A stretch of 64,000 nt of DNA from NCBI GenBank assembly GCA_050124835.1, contig JASFEM010000004.1, positions 3,588-67,587 of the forward strand, written 5' to 3'. The stretch comes from Syntrophobacterales bacterium (lineage in GTDB: Bacteria; Desulfobacterota; Syntrophobacteria; BM002). This document shows positions 1 through 10,070 of this stretch, one piece after another. Under the pieces are notes generated by a model, which saw only the letters and a program-made list of their open reading frames with translations, was not told the origin of the DNA and did not search any database. Position 1 is the stretch's first letter; the number at the start of each line of letters is the position of its first letter. A program made the translations under genes and the position numbers.

Positions 1-32
1 GTAGACGCTTGGGGTTTATTGTGGAGTTCAGC

Positions 33-593
33 TCAGCCATTGTTCCTACTGGGTCGGCGTGTCTGGGTCCGTTCGTTACTTTTCTTTTCCCTCACCTGCC
101 TTTTTTGGCCTGTCAAGTTAAGCGTCAAGTAGATGTGTTGTTGTGGTTGGCCGAAGCCCATCTTCCGGAAAAAGTGAAGGGCCGCCAGGTTGTCTGCCTC
201 AGTGTCTGTCAGTAGCATCCGGACGCCGCTATCCAACATGAGTTCCTGAAAATGTTTGAACAGCTTCAGCGCAACACCTTGCCTTTGGAATTCGGGTTCT
301 ATGCCCAACCAGACGAGATGACCGTACTTCCAGGCGGAGTGGCTTTTCTCTATTGTGGTGCCAAGAAGGAAGCCCACTATCTGTTCATCAGACTCTGCCA
401 CTATGCAGAATTCAGGATCACTCTGGAATAAACTGACAACCTCGTACTCATCCCAGGTGCGGTAGAGGTTCGGCACCTCGCGGGCCGTAAAAATTTTCTC
501 GCCGAGATGAAACACATCGGCGATATCGTCAATCTCCATCTCCCGAATAACCAAATTGCTTCGTTTCTTTTTATTGGGATCATCTTCATTCAT
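33..593 (-). CDS. GNAT family N-acetyltransferase
   Basis: 186-aa ORF whose fold pattern (acetyl-CoA binding core RQGVALKL...) fits GNAT acetyltransferases. The start is at 593 and the stop at 33. Confidence 0.65.
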   Translation of the reverse strand: MNEDDPNKKKRSNLVIREMEIDDIADVFHLGEKIFTAREVPNLYRTWDEYEVVSLFQSDPEFCIVAESDEQIVGFLLGTTIEKSHSAWKYGHLVWLGIEPEFQRQGVALKLFKHFQELMLDSGVRMLLTDTEADNLAALHFFRKMGFGQPQQHIYLTLNLTGQKRQVREKKSNERTQTRRPSRNNG

Positions 594-951
594 AATGCTT
601 GAGCCCTCATCTGCGGGTCGACCGCAATCCTTTTTGCCTTTTTGGCCCGCCCCGGATTGCGAATGAGAATGGGTTCCACTGAATATTATTATGCCTATTT
701 GGAGTCATCGTCAAGAATTCCAGACGCGTTCCAATTCTTTTCCAATCTCCTGAAAGAAAGCGCCTCCCCCCGGCGGTCAGTGCGTCATCCCGGCGACCGC
801 TTCAGGGTGATTCTGTGATAGCAATTTTTCAATTACTTCTTCGCAGTCCTTTTTTACCATGAACAATACGGGCGGGATGTTCATTCTTACTGCACAAGTT
901 GTGCCCAAAATCATAGTAAAGGTGACGAGTGATCTCTACAGGGTGTCTCTT

Positions 952-1542
952 TCAGTGCCTAGTAGCAACAGCCGGCTTCCGGCAGACAATCTGCGCTATC
1001 GCGCGGGTGGGGTTTTCCCTGATGCCTTCGAAATAATGGTGCACCTCCCAATCTCCAAACATCTCATGCAACTCTCCTTGAGTAAGAAGGAAATTCGGAT
1101 TATGTGGCTTTCCATAGCGGGGCTGCTTAACCGTGAAGGTCTCGTATACCAGCAGCCCACCGTTTCTTAGTCCCTTTCTGATGCAGGGTATTAATGGCCG
1201 ATGCAAGTAACGAAAGACCAGGATTGCACCGTAATAGTCCTCGGCCAGTGGGTTGACTCCTTCACGTTCCAGGTCCACCTGCCATACCTCAATATTGGCA
1301 CCGCACTCCGTTGCATGTTTCTTGGCCTGCTCAAGCGCCTGTGGGGATCTGTCGCAACAGATTACTTTAAGCTGCTCCCGGGCGAGAAAAATTCCATTCC
1401 GTCCGTCGCCACAGGCGAGATCCAGTACTGGACCGGGCAGGCTCTCCTCTAAAAAGAGCCTCATGTGTTCCAACAGAAGCTGAGCTGGTTTCAGTGTGCT
1501 TTGACTGGGAGTCAAGGAAACACCTCTTGCACTTGTCGCCAA
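952..1542 (-). CDS. class I SAM-dependent methyltransferase (TehB-like)
   Basis: Motif I VLDLACGDGRNG and an acidic loop are typical of SAM methyltransferases. The ORF is 196 aa. Confidence 0.65.
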   Translation of the reverse strand: MATSARGVSLTPSQSTLKPAQLLLEHMRLFLEESLPGPVLDLACGDGRNGIFLAREQLKVICCDRSPQALEQAKKHATECGANIEVWQVDLEREGVNPLAEDYYGAILVFRYLHRPLIPCIRKGLRNGGLLVYETFTVKQPRYGKPHNPNFLLTQGELHEMFGDWEVHHYFEGIRENPTRAIAQIVCRKPAVATRH

Positions 1543-1808
1543 TAATCTGTTAAGCTCGATTATATAGAAGGAGTCCTACCAAATTTCAAGCTCCCTTGGT
1601 ATTGAGGCCATCTGGTACACACATTTTTGGTTGGAGGTATACGCTCCCTTACAGATATGGGCTGTATGATGAGCCAATTTAAGTGGTCATTTGGCGATTT
1701 TCTAACGGCATTCTCCCTCGAAAGTACACTATTGTTCCGACAACATCTGTTTTTGACATGGCGCTCCAGGATCCGTTCACATAAACGCTAAAAGAAAGGA
1801 GAACCATA

Positions 1809-3452
1809 ATGAAGAGTAAGATCGGCGCATTGCTATGTGTTTTCGCGTTGGTGTTTGGCGTGACCGCATGTGAGAAAAAAGAGCCCGAAAAAGCGGAAGC
1901 CCCGGCTCCGGCAGCAATAAAAGAGGGTGGCACATTGGTCTTCGGGCGTGGTGGCGACAGTGTGGGACTGGATCCGGCTTATGAAACCGACGGAAATTCT
2001 TTCATGATCTGTGACAACATCTATGAGGCCTTGGTGTTTTACCAAGACGAGTCCACAGCACTAGAGCCAGGTTTGGCAGAGTCGTGGGAGATTTCTCCAG
2101 ATGGTAAAACGTACACATTCCACCTGAGGAAAGGGGTCACTTTTCATGACGGGACTCCATTCAATGCTGACGCTGTAGTTTTCTCTATCGGTCGAATGAT
2201 GAAAGACAGGAAGCTTAAATTCCACAGTCAGGACAGGGATGTCCCGCCGCAGGAGCGTCCCCCCGAGTACTGGGTCTCCATGGAAATGGATGACACCATC
2301 GATGCCATTGAAGCGGTGGATGACCACACCGTTGTCTTCAAGCTTAAACGGGTCGAGGCTCCCTTCCTGGCCAACATGGGCATGGACTTTGCCGATATCA
2401 TCAGTCCCACTGCCTTCATGAAAAATCCCAAGGAGTTCCTCCGCAATCCTGTAGGGACCGGTCCATTTAAGTTTGTTGAGTGGATTAAAGACGACAGAAT
2501 CGTCCTGGAGAAAAACGAGAATTACTGGGATAAATCGGCCGGCCCTTACCTGGATAAGGTCATCTTTAGAGCCATTCCGGAGAACTCGGTACGTTTTCTA
2601 GAACTTAAGGCAGGGAACATCCACATCTGTCAGTTTCCCAACCCCGCAGATATTCCTCTGGCTGAAAAAGATCCCAATCTCAAGCTGGTATCCCAGCCCG
2701 GGATGAACATCGGTTACCTCTCTTTCAACCATACCAAGAAACTCTGGCAGAATATCCATATGCGAAATGCAATAGCCCATGCCATCAACCGCAAGGCCAT
2801 AGTGGATAACATCTACCAGGGTATGGGACAGGTGGCCAAGAACCCCATCCCACCCACCATGTGGGGCTATAACGACGAGATTGAGGATTTTCCGTACGAT
2901 CCAGAAAAGGCCAAATTGGAACTAGCCGAGGCCGGCTATCCGGGTGGTCAAGACTTACCGGAGATTACTTTATGGTCCATGCCGGTTCCAAGACCTTATA
3001 ATCCCGAAGGGTTAAAAGTAGGGGTCGCCATGATCTCAGATCTGGCCAAAGTAGGCATCAGAGCTAGAATCGTTAGTTACGACTGGGGAACCTATTTGAA
3101 AAGGCAGAGAGAGCAGCCCAAGGATATGGATCTGTTCCAGTTGGGTTGGACCGGTGACAACGGTGACCCGGACAACTTCCTTGCCGTGCTTTTTGATGGA
3201 CTTGCCTCACCCGCCATCAGAACTCAGTGGCAGAACAAAGAGTATCACAGGCTCATGCTGATGGGGAAGCAGACCATTGACCAGGCAAAAAGGGCCGAGA
3301 TCTACAAGCAAGCACTAAAGGTTTTCCATGATGAGGTGGCAGCGATCTGCGTGGCCCACTCCACCGTGATTTGGCCTATGAGAAACAACGTTATGAACTT
3401 CAAGCTCCATCCCACGGCTTCCGTGAGGATGAAGAATGTTCGACTTGAGTAG
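1809..3452 (+). CDS. peptide/nickel ABC transporter substrate-binding lipoprotein (family 5 SBP, DppA/OppA-like)
   Basis: 547 aa with a signal peptide and a lipobox (ALVFGVTAC). Length and conserved blocks match SBP_bac_5, and it is the first gene of an ABC operon. Confidence 0.8.
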   Translation: MKSKIGALLCVFALVFGVTACEKKEPEKAEAPAPAAIKEGGTLVFGRGGDSVGLDPAYETDGNSFMICDNIYEALVFYQDESTALEPGLAESWEISPDGKTYTFHLRKGVTFHDGTPFNADAVVFSIGRMMKDRKLKFHSQDRDVPPQERPPEYWVSMEMDDTIDAIEAVDDHTVVFKLKRVEAPFLANMGMDFADIISPTAFMKNPKEFLRNPVGTGPFKFVEWIKDDRIVLEKNENYWDKSAGPYLDKVIFRAIPENSVRFLELKAGNIHICQFPNPADIPLAEKDPNLKLVSQPGMNIGYLSFNHTKKLWQNIHMRNAIAHAINRKAIVDNIYQGMGQVAKNPIPPTMWGYNDEIEDFPYDPEKAKLELAEAGYPGGQDLPEITLWSMPVPRPYNPEGLKVGVAMISDLAKVGIRARIVSYDWGTYLKRQREQPKDMDLFQLGWTGDNGDPDNFLAVLFDGLASPAIRTQWQNKEYHRLMLMGKQTIDQAKRAEIYKQALKVFHDEVAAICVAHSTVIWPMRNNVMNFKLHPTASVRMKNVRLE

Positions 3453-3474
3453 GAAAACGCTCCACTAGCTGCAT

Positions 3475-3513
3475 AGTGAGGGGGAGCGGGGCAATCGCCC
3501 ACTCCCCCTCACT
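3475..3513 (+). terminator. strong stem-loop between the SBP and permease genes (possible intra-operon attenuator)
   Basis: Perfect 12-bp inverted repeat AGTGAGGGGGAG...CTCCCCCTCACT with a GC-rich loop, 23 nt after the stop at 3452. No clean T-run follows, so it is likely a partial terminator or mRNA stabiliser. Confidence 0.4.
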
Positions 3514-3619
3514 CATGTGTAAACTTGTCTGTTTCCCTGCGAAAGGTTATATCTTTCAACTCAAGGTCTCAACCTCTTTGTCATAACCTGCTACTTTCTT
3601 TAAGCAAGAATTACACTCC

Positions 3620-4624
3620 ATGCTTGCCTACATTATTAGACGAATACTATTGCTCATTCCCACCCTTTTAGGGATATCCATCATCATTTTTCTCATGATG
3701 CACATAACCCCCGGTGACCCAGCAGAACTTCTCCTCGGGGAGCGAGCCACCGAAAAGGCCCTGGAAGCACTGAGAGAGCACCTTGGCCTTAACGAACCGC
3801 TCCACGTTCAGTACGGCATGTTTTTGAAGAGGTTGGTGAAGGGGGATTTGGGAGAGACCATTTGGACGAGGCAGAAGGTCTGGATAGAGGTAAAACAGCG
3901 CTTCCCAGCCACCATAGAGTTGTCAATAGCCGCCATGCTCATCAGTAGTTTTTTGGGCATCATCCTTGGCATCATCTCCGCTACCAAGCAGTATTCCGTT
4001 TTCGACTACATAAGTATGCTCGGAGCCCTCGTGGGGGTCAGTATGCCCATATTTTGGCTAGGGCTGGTATTGATGCTGATCTTCTCCCTCCACCTGGGCT
4101 GGTTCCCCATGTCTGGAAGGCTCAGTGTGGGTATCGACTTGGATACTATCACCAATTTTTATATCTTGGATGCTTTGCTGACCAAGAACTGGGCAGCATT
4201 CAAAGACGTTCTCTGGCACCTCACCTTGCCCGCCATTACCTTGAGCACGATCCCCATGGCCATTGTCGCCCGCATGACTCGCTCAAGCATGCTGGAGGTT
4301 TTGCGCCAGGATTACATCAAGACTGCCAAGGCCAAGGGGCTCTCGCCTGGGATTGTTGTAATGAAACATGCCTTGCGTAACGCGCTCATCCCAGTGATCA
4401 CAGTCATTGGACTGATGTTCGGCATTCTCCTGGCAGGCGCCATCCTTACCGAGACCATCTTTGCCTGGCCTGGAGTAGGGAAATGGCTCTATGACGCCGT
4501 ACTGCAGAGGGACTATATGGTCATTCAGGGAGGAACGCTCTTCGTAGCCGGCATATTTGTAATTATCAACGTGGTTGTTGATGTCCTGTACGCCGTGATC
4601 AACCCGAAGATAAGCGTGCAATAG
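3620..4624 (+). CDS. ABC transporter permease (DppB/OppB family)
   Basis: 334 aa with multiple TM segments and the BPD_transp_1 signature region. It lies in operon position after the SBP. Confidence 0.8.
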   Translation: MLAYIIRRILLLIPTLLGISIIIFLMMHITPGDPAELLLGERATEKALEALREHLGLNEPLHVQYGMFLKRLVKGDLGETIWTRQKVWIEVKQRFPATIELSIAAMLISSFLGIILGIISATKQYSVFDYISMLGALVGVSMPIFWLGLVLMLIFSLHLGWFPMSGRLSVGIDLDTITNFYILDALLTKNWAAFKDVLWHLTLPAITLSTIPMAIVARMTRSSMLEVLRQDYIKTAKAKGLSPGIVVMKHALRNALIPVITVIGLMFGILLAGAILTETIFAWPGVGKWLYDAVLQRDYMVIQGGTLFVAGIFVIINVVVDVLYAVINPKISVQ

Positions 4625-4629
4625 TAAAC

Positions 4630-5526
4630 ATGGTCTCAAGGAAAAAACGGACAAAACATCCCGAAGATCGACACCCCTTCTTCGATCAGCTGGAACAGCT
4701 TTGGCGCAACAAGACTGCAGTGGCCGGGATGGTTGCCATAACTTTTTTCGCTTTGACTGGCATTCTGGCGCCGGTCATGAGTCCCCACAACCCCATTGAT
4801 GCTTCCTTGTATGATCAGATTAAACCGCCAATCTGGTCAGAGGGGGGAAGCCTGAAGAACATTCTCGGCACCGATGACCTGGGCCGGGACATCCTTTCCC
4901 GCCTTATTTATGGCGCACGGGTATCGCTGCTCGTTGCCGTCGCCACCGTCGGAATCGGTGTTGTGTTCGGATCTTTCCTTGGTGCAATTGCCGGCTATTA
5001 CAAGGGTTTTTTGGACAATGTCATCATGCGTTTCATGGACATACTCCTGGCCTTCCCCCACATCCTCTTGGCCATTGTCATCATGGCCTATCTCGGGCCC
5101 GGGTTAACAAACGCTATGATTGCAATCGGTATAATCTATATACCTCGCTTTGCCCGTATAGTTCGGGCCTCTGTTCTGGAGGAGTGTGAGAAAGATTACG
5201 TTACCGCATCCAGGGCCGTTGGTGCGAGGGACTGGAGAATAATTTTCGTGTCCATTTTCCCTAACTGCCTTGCCCCTCTCATTGTTCAGACTACCCTTGG
5301 TTTTGCATCTGCGATTCTAGATGCCGCAGCCCTAGGTTTTCTGGGGCTTGGCGCCCAACCACCCACACCCGAGTGGGGCGCTATGATTGCCATGGGACGG
5401 TCCCACATCCTTAGGGCCTGGTGGGTGATGACCTTCCCCGGCATAGCTATCCTGCTTGCGGTTCTGGGATTCAACCTCTTTGGCGATGGTCTCAGGGATG
5501 CTTTGGACCCGAGGCTTAGGGATTAA
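4630..5526 (+). CDS. ABC transporter permease (DppC/OppC family)
   Basis: 298 aa with an N-terminal OppC-type region and TM helices. It is adjacent to the first permease. Confidence 0.8.
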   Translation: MVSRKKRTKHPEDRHPFFDQLEQLWRNKTAVAGMVAITFFALTGILAPVMSPHNPIDASLYDQIKPPIWSEGGSLKNILGTDDLGRDILSRLIYGARVSLLVAVATVGIGVVFGSFLGAIAGYYKGFLDNVIMRFMDILLAFPHILLAIVIMAYLGPGLTNAMIAIGIIYIPRFARIVRASVLEECEKDYVTASRAVGARDWRIIFVSIFPNCLAPLIVQTTLGFASAILDAAALGFLGLGAQPPTPEWGAMIAMGRSHILRAWWVMTFPGIAILLAVLGFNLFGDGLRDALDPRLRD

Positions 5527-5558
5527 ATTGAGTGTAAACTGGCCTGGGGCTTTGCCCC

Positions 5559-5677
5559 GATTGGAATATTGGAACAATGGAATACTGGAATGATGGATCA
5601 CAAGGGAAAAACATTAATATGATTCTTTGTAGTTTTGTCACCCAAGATTCCATGATTCCAACATTCCACTATTCCAA
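5559..5677. repeat. inverted pair of 8-nt tandem arrays (NNNTGGAA)x4, spacer, (TTCCANNN)x4, inside the ABC operon between the second permease and the first ATPase
   Basis: Forward array TATTGGAA CAATGGAA TACTGGAA TGATGG at 5559-5596. Its reverse complement TTCCATGA TTCCAACA TTCCACTA TTCCAA lies at 5648-5677. A short GGGGC-TTT-GCCCC hairpin sits just upstream. Confidence 0.75.
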
Positions 5678-5811
5678 ACGCAGCGCAATTAGAAGCGTCG
5701 TAAAAAAGACTCAAACCTCATTAAATTGTCGTGTTTCAGATACGTTTACGATGAATAAACTATTATTAATAGCGTTCAATTGCGCATTATCGCGCAATTG
5801 AGGGTCTACAA

Positions 5812-6792
5812 ATGAGCGACAATCACAACTTACTGGAAATAGAAAATCTGCGTACCTATTTCTATGTCCGTGGTCACGTTGCTAAAGCCGTTGATGACGT
5901 CGATCTGACCATCGCATCAGGTCAGACCCTCGGATTGGTAGGTGAATCCGGTTGTGGTAAGAGTGTCACCGCCCATTCCATCATCGGTCTTATCCCCGAC
6001 CCACCTGGCAAGATAGTGGGCGGCAGGATCCTCTTTGAAGGTGCAGATCTGCTCGGACTACCTGAAACAAAAATGAGAAAGATACGGGGTAATCAAATTT
6101 CCATGATTTTCCAGGAACCCATGACCTCGCTAAACCCAGTCTATTCTGTAGGCGACCAGGTAGCAGAGGTTATAAGGCTTCACCAGAACTTGTCCCGAAG
6201 CGAAATTCGCAACCGAGTTATCGAGATTTTCCGATTGGTGGGTATCCCCGCAGCTGAAAAGCGTATCAAAAACTATCCTCACCAGATGAGTGGCGGTATG
6301 CGCCAGCGGGTGATGATCGCCATGGCCCTGGCATGCAACCCCAAACTGATGATCGCCGATGAGCCCACAACCGCTTTAGATGTGACCATTCAAGCGCAAA
6401 TCTTGGATCTGATGAACAAATTGAAACAAGAAACTGGGGCTGCTATCCTATTCATTACGCACGACCTTGGTGTGATCGCCGAAATGGCCCAGCATGTGGC
6501 AGTGATGTACGCCGGCAAGGTCATGGAGTACGCTGAAGTGAAAACCCTCTTTGCTGAGGCCAAACACCCTTACACAGTAGGACTGTTGCAGTCTATCCCG
6601 GTTGTCGGGCGGGGCCGTCCGGACCGAAGGCTCAATGCCATCGCCGGCGTGGTGCCCTCCCTGCTCAACCTCCCCCCAGGCTGTTTGTTTAGTGACCGGT
6701 GTCAGGATGTTTTTCCTGACTGCCGTACTAGTGAGCCTCAGATGTACCAGGTTGGTGACAACCACTTCGCCCGGTGTTTGAAATATGTTTGA
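5812..6792 (+). CDS. ABC transporter ATP-binding protein (DppD/OppD family)
   Basis: Walker A GESGCGKS, signature MSGGMRQR, Walker [13 protein letters not shown] and a C-terminal oligopeptide-transporter extension are present. Confidence 0.85.
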   Translation: MSDNHNLLEIENLRTYFYVRGHVAKAVDDVDLTIASGQTLGLVGESGCGKSVTAHSIIGLIPDPPGKIVGGRILFEGADLLGLPETKMRKIRGNQISMIFQEPMTSLNPVYSVGDQVAEVIRLHQNLSRSEIRNRVIEIFRLVGIPAAEKRIKNYPHQMSGGMRQRVMIAMALACNPKLMIADEPTTALDVTIQAQILDLMNKLKQETGAAILFITHDLGVIAEMAQHVAVMYAGKVMEYAEVKTLFAEAKHPYTVGLLQSIPVVGRGRPDRRLNAIAGVVPSLLNLPPGCLFSDRCQDVFPDCRTSEPQMYQVGDNHFARCLKYV

Positions 6793-7786
6793 TGGGAACA
6801 TGATAGAAAAGAACCTGGTTCAAGTGAGGGATCTGGTCAAACATTTCCCCATCCGGGGTGGCGTTTTTTTTAAGGAGGTTGATTCAGTCAAGGCTGTTGA
6901 TGGGGTGAGCCTTGAAATACGTGAGGGTGAGACGCTGGGGTTGGTGGGCGAGTCAGGATGCGGCAAGACCACTCTTGGGCGACTTATTCTGCGTCTTGAG
7001 GAACCAACTTCAGGTGACATCTTTTTTCACGGAGAAAACATTCTTACATATGACAAGGAGAGGATGCGAAATCTGCGAAGAGATATGCAGATCATCTTCC
7101 AAGACCCTTTCTCGTCTCTGAACCCGCGGAAGACCGTCTCAAATATTGTCGGCGAACCTCTACTGGTTCACGGCATGCGCAGACGGCAGGAAAGGGAAGT
7201 CAGGGTACTGGAAATACTCAGGATTGTGGGCTTGCGACGGGAACACATGCGCCGTTACCCACACCAGTTCTCCGGCGGCCAGAGGCAAAGAATCTGTGTG
7301 GCCAGGGCCCTGGCGCTTCATCCCAAGCTGATTATTTGCGATGAGGCAGTGTCAGCCCTGGATGTCTCCATCCAAGCGCAAGTAATCAATTTGCTCAAGG
7401 AGCTGCAGGAGGAATTCCAGCTCACCTATCTCTTTATTTCCCATGACTTGGGCGTGGTGGAGCACGTCAGCAATCGGCTTGCGGTTATGTACCTCGGAAA
7501 AATAGTGGAACTAGCTGACAGCAAGATGATATACCAGGCGCCTCTTCATCCTTATACTCAAGCCTTACTTTCAGCCTCACCTATTCCCGATCCTACTCTT
7601 GAAAGGGACAGGGTAATCCTTAGAGGAGATGTCCCTAGCCCCATCGATCCTCCAAGTGGCTGCCGCTTCCACACTCGCTGCCTTTATGCAGAGGAGATTT
7701 GTAGTCGTAAAGAACCCCAACTCGAGGAAGTGAAGGAGAATCACTTAACTGCCTGTTTTTTTGCTGGTTCTGTGGGGTTGCACTGA
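6785..7786 (+). CDS. ABC transporter ATP-binding protein (DppF/OppF family)
   Basis: Walker [10 protein letters not shown], signature FSGGQRQR and Walker [11 protein letters not shown] are present. There is an 8-nt overlap with the upstream ATPase, suggesting translational coupling. Confidence 0.85.
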   Translation: MFDGNMIEKNLVQVRDLVKHFPIRGGVFFKEVDSVKAVDGVSLEIREGETLGLVGESGCGKTTLGRLILRLEEPTSGDIFFHGENILTYDKERMRNLRRDMQIIFQDPFSSLNPRKTVSNIVGEPLLVHGMRRRQEREVRVLEILRIVGLRREHMRRYPHQFSGGQRQRICVARALALHPKLIICDEAVSALDVSIQAQVINLLKELQEEFQLTYLFISHDLGVVEHVSNRLAVMYLGKIVELADSKMIYQAPLHPYTQALLSASPIPDPTLERDRVILRGDVPSPIDPPSGCRFHTRCLYAEEICSRKEPQLEEVKENHLTACFFAGSVGLH

Positions 7787-7834
7787 AGATCGGACTGGTG
7801 GAGTGATGGGAAAATCCTTCTGGAGAACTAATCT

Positions 7835-8977
7835 ATGAAACCAATTTACTTAGACTACAACGCCACAACCCCCATCGACCCGGAGGTTGCCGAGGCCATG
7901 CGTCCCTATCTCTTTGAGCACTTCGGCAATCCCTCAAGTTCTCACTGGTACGGTAGCCAGACCAAGAAGGCCGTTGATGAATCCCGCCGCCAAGTGGCAG
8001 ACCTCTTGAATTGCAAGCCGGATGAGATCGTCTTTACCAGTGGCGGCAGCGAATCCAACAATTACGCCATCAAGGGCACAACGTTTGCCAATCGTGAAAA
8101 GGGTAATCATATCATTACCTCAGCCATCGAACATCCTGCTGTAATCGAGGTATGCAAATTCCTGGCAGAACGAGGCCTCCAGGTAACCTACCTGGACGTT
8201 GATAAATTCGGCCTGGTGGATCCACTGAAACTGGAAGAGGCCATCACACCGCAGACCATATTGATCACCATCATGCACGCCAACAATGAAGTGGGCACCA
8301 TCCAGCCCATAGCCGAGATAGGCAAAATTACCAAGAAACACGGTATCGTTTTCCATACGGACGCCGCCCAGTCTGTAGGCAAAATACCCACAGAGGTTGA
8401 CGAGTTGGGTGTGGATCTTCTCACTATTGCCGGCCACAAGCTTTACGCGCCAAAAGGAATCGGAGCTCTTTACATTCGACGAGGGACGCGACTGGAGAAA
8501 TTAATTCACGGGGCCGATCACGAGCAAGGCTTGCGGGCGGGAACCGAGAATGTCCTCGAAATTGTTGGCTTGGGCAAGGCCTGCGAGATTGCCAAGCGTG
8601 ATCTAGAAAAAAATATGGAACACATGCAAAAAATGCGGGACCTTATTTTCGATGGGTTTCGGAAGCAGTGGGATGAGATTAGATTGAATGGCCATCCAGA
8701 AAGACGGCTGCCCAACACCCTGAGTGTGAGCTTCAGGGGAATCGAAGCCAACAAGCTCTTGTCAAAAATCAAGGATGTTGCCGCCTCTGCCGGTGCAGCC
8801 TGCCACGCCGATTCCGTGACTATCTCCTCGGTGCTAAAGGCGATGAAGGTACCGCTGGAGTATGGTATGGGCACCATTCGTTTCTCCACCGGCAAAATGA
8901 CCACCAAGGAAGAGGTCGATCGGGCTGTAGAAATCTTCCTTCAGACTGCTCAGCGCTTGCAGCTTCGCAAGGATTAG
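7835..8977 (+). CDS. cysteine desulfurase (NifS/IscS family, class V aminotransferase)
   Basis: 380 aa with the PLP-lysine region HKLYAPKGIGALYIRRG and the catalytic-loop region SAGAACHA, plus a NifS-like N-terminus. Confidence 0.8.
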   Translation: MKPIYLDYNATTPIDPEVAEAMRPYLFEHFGNPSSSHWYGSQTKKAVDESRRQVADLLNCKPDEIVFTSGGSESNNYAIKGTTFANREKGNHIITSAIEHPAVIEVCKFLAERGLQVTYLDVDKFGLVDPLKLEEAITPQTILITIMHANNEVGTIQPIAEIGKITKKHGIVFHTDAAQSVGKIPTEVDELGVDLLTIAGHKLYAPKGIGALYIRRGTRLEKLIHGADHEQGLRAGTENVLEIVGLGKACEIAKRDLEKNMEHMQKMRDLIFDGFRKQWDEIRLNGHPERRLPNTLSVSFRGIEANKLLSKIKDVAASAGAACHADSVTISSVLKAMKVPLEYGMGTIRFSTGKMTTKEEVDRAVEIFLQTAQRLQLRKD

Positions 8978-9362
8978 CAGTTAATGGAGAAGGCAAGTAG
9001 AAGGGCATGTGCTCAATTCGGTATGGACGAGCAGCCAAACGTGCCAAGATTTTAGGTTCGATAGCGCATTATTTTCAATTGAGATTTATTGGGCACCGGC
9101 CTGATTTCCGCTGCCCAGGTACCCACCAGATCGATGGAAGTCTCATCTCCGGTTCGGTCTTGCTTTTGATCAAATCCTCTTGCGAGTCCATTCCAGGCAT
9201 ATTTTCACCTACCTCCAGGCTAAAAATGGTAATTTTTTTCCTATTCTCTGGCAATAATTTCTCAATTCCCAAGATCCATTCTCCCATTCAGTACAGGATA
9301 AATATTTGAAATATCTACTATATATTATAATAATTCAATTTGGCATGATCTTTTAATAACAA

Positions 9363-9902
9363 ATGCCGTTGCCCCTTAAACTTTGCCCTGGCCGACCGCA
9401 CATAAACAAATCCAGGGGCAGTAACGCAGACCACTCCCATACGACGTGGTTTTTAACGGTAAAGTATATCTCTGGTGACCCTATGACAGACAAATCCGGC
9501 CCTTTCCATGACCGCAGAAAAAGGGGAGATAGGAGATCCGGTATAGACAGGCGATCCGGCAAAGACAGGCGAAGTGGCGCTGACCGAAGAAGTGGAGAAG
9601 ATAGAAGGGTCGGTTGGGAGCAGATAAAAGATCAAAGGTTTCAAGGCGTCTTGAGGACAACGGAAACCGTCTCTCACCTATTCAGCCAACCTTTAACGGT
9701 AATCATGGGATATGTTGATTTATTGAAGTCGAGCACCGGGGAAGAAGACACCAAAGAGAAATTGACAATTATCAAGAGCCAGCTGGAGTTAATCAGCAAA
9801 TACTTACAGAATCTCAGGAATGTCCAAGAGTACAAAACAGTGGATTTCGCCGGTGTAACTTTGCTGGATATCGAAAAAACAAAGAATGAGGAGGATAATT
9901 GA
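9363..9902 (+). CDS. small protein with a (DRRSGx)4-5 tandem repeat and an orphan HisKA-like dimerisation/phosphoacceptor helix
   Basis: Peptide GDRRSGIDRRSGKDRRSGADRRSGEDRR is encoded by an 18-nt DNA period. It is followed by HLFSQPLTVIMGYVDLL, which resembles the HisKA H-box, with no ATPase domain. The true start may be the internal Met at 9483. An AT-rich promoter-like stretch lies at 9290-9360. Confidence 0.45.
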   Translation: MPLPLKLCPGRPHINKSRGSNADHSHTTWFLTVKYISGDPMTDKSGPFHDRRKRGDRRSGIDRRSGKDRRSGADRRSGEDRRVGWEQIKDQRFQGVLRTTETVSHLFSQPLTVIMGYVDLLKSSTGEEDTKEKLTIIKSQLELISKYLQNLRNVQEYKTVDFAGVTLLDIEKTKNEEDN

Positions 9903-10070
9903 CCCTTGGCAAGAAAAATCCCACCCACATGGAACCATATTTGCCTTTCCACTTAAATTCCTGTTTGTTTTGAAACCTTGAGCGATTTGCCGCCACCTCC
10001 TTGGTCTGGTTCTTGCACCTGATGTTGGCTTGCCCGTCTTAACTCTTTTGCGAAACACGGGGGCACGAGA

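Noticed and set aside
8120-8907. Minus-strand ORFs of 105 to 129 aa inside the cysteine desulfurase gene
   Set aside because: They are antisense to a well-supported conserved CDS and are low complexity with no motifs. These are typical shadow ORFs. The same applies to the antisense ORFs inside the PFOR genes, the glycoside hydrolase, G3P dehydrogenase and sensor genes.
9007-9309. 100-aa ORF between the cysteine desulfurase and the DRRSG protein
   Set aside because: It lacks an RBS and has odd composition. It is more likely the promoter/leader region of the downstream gene.
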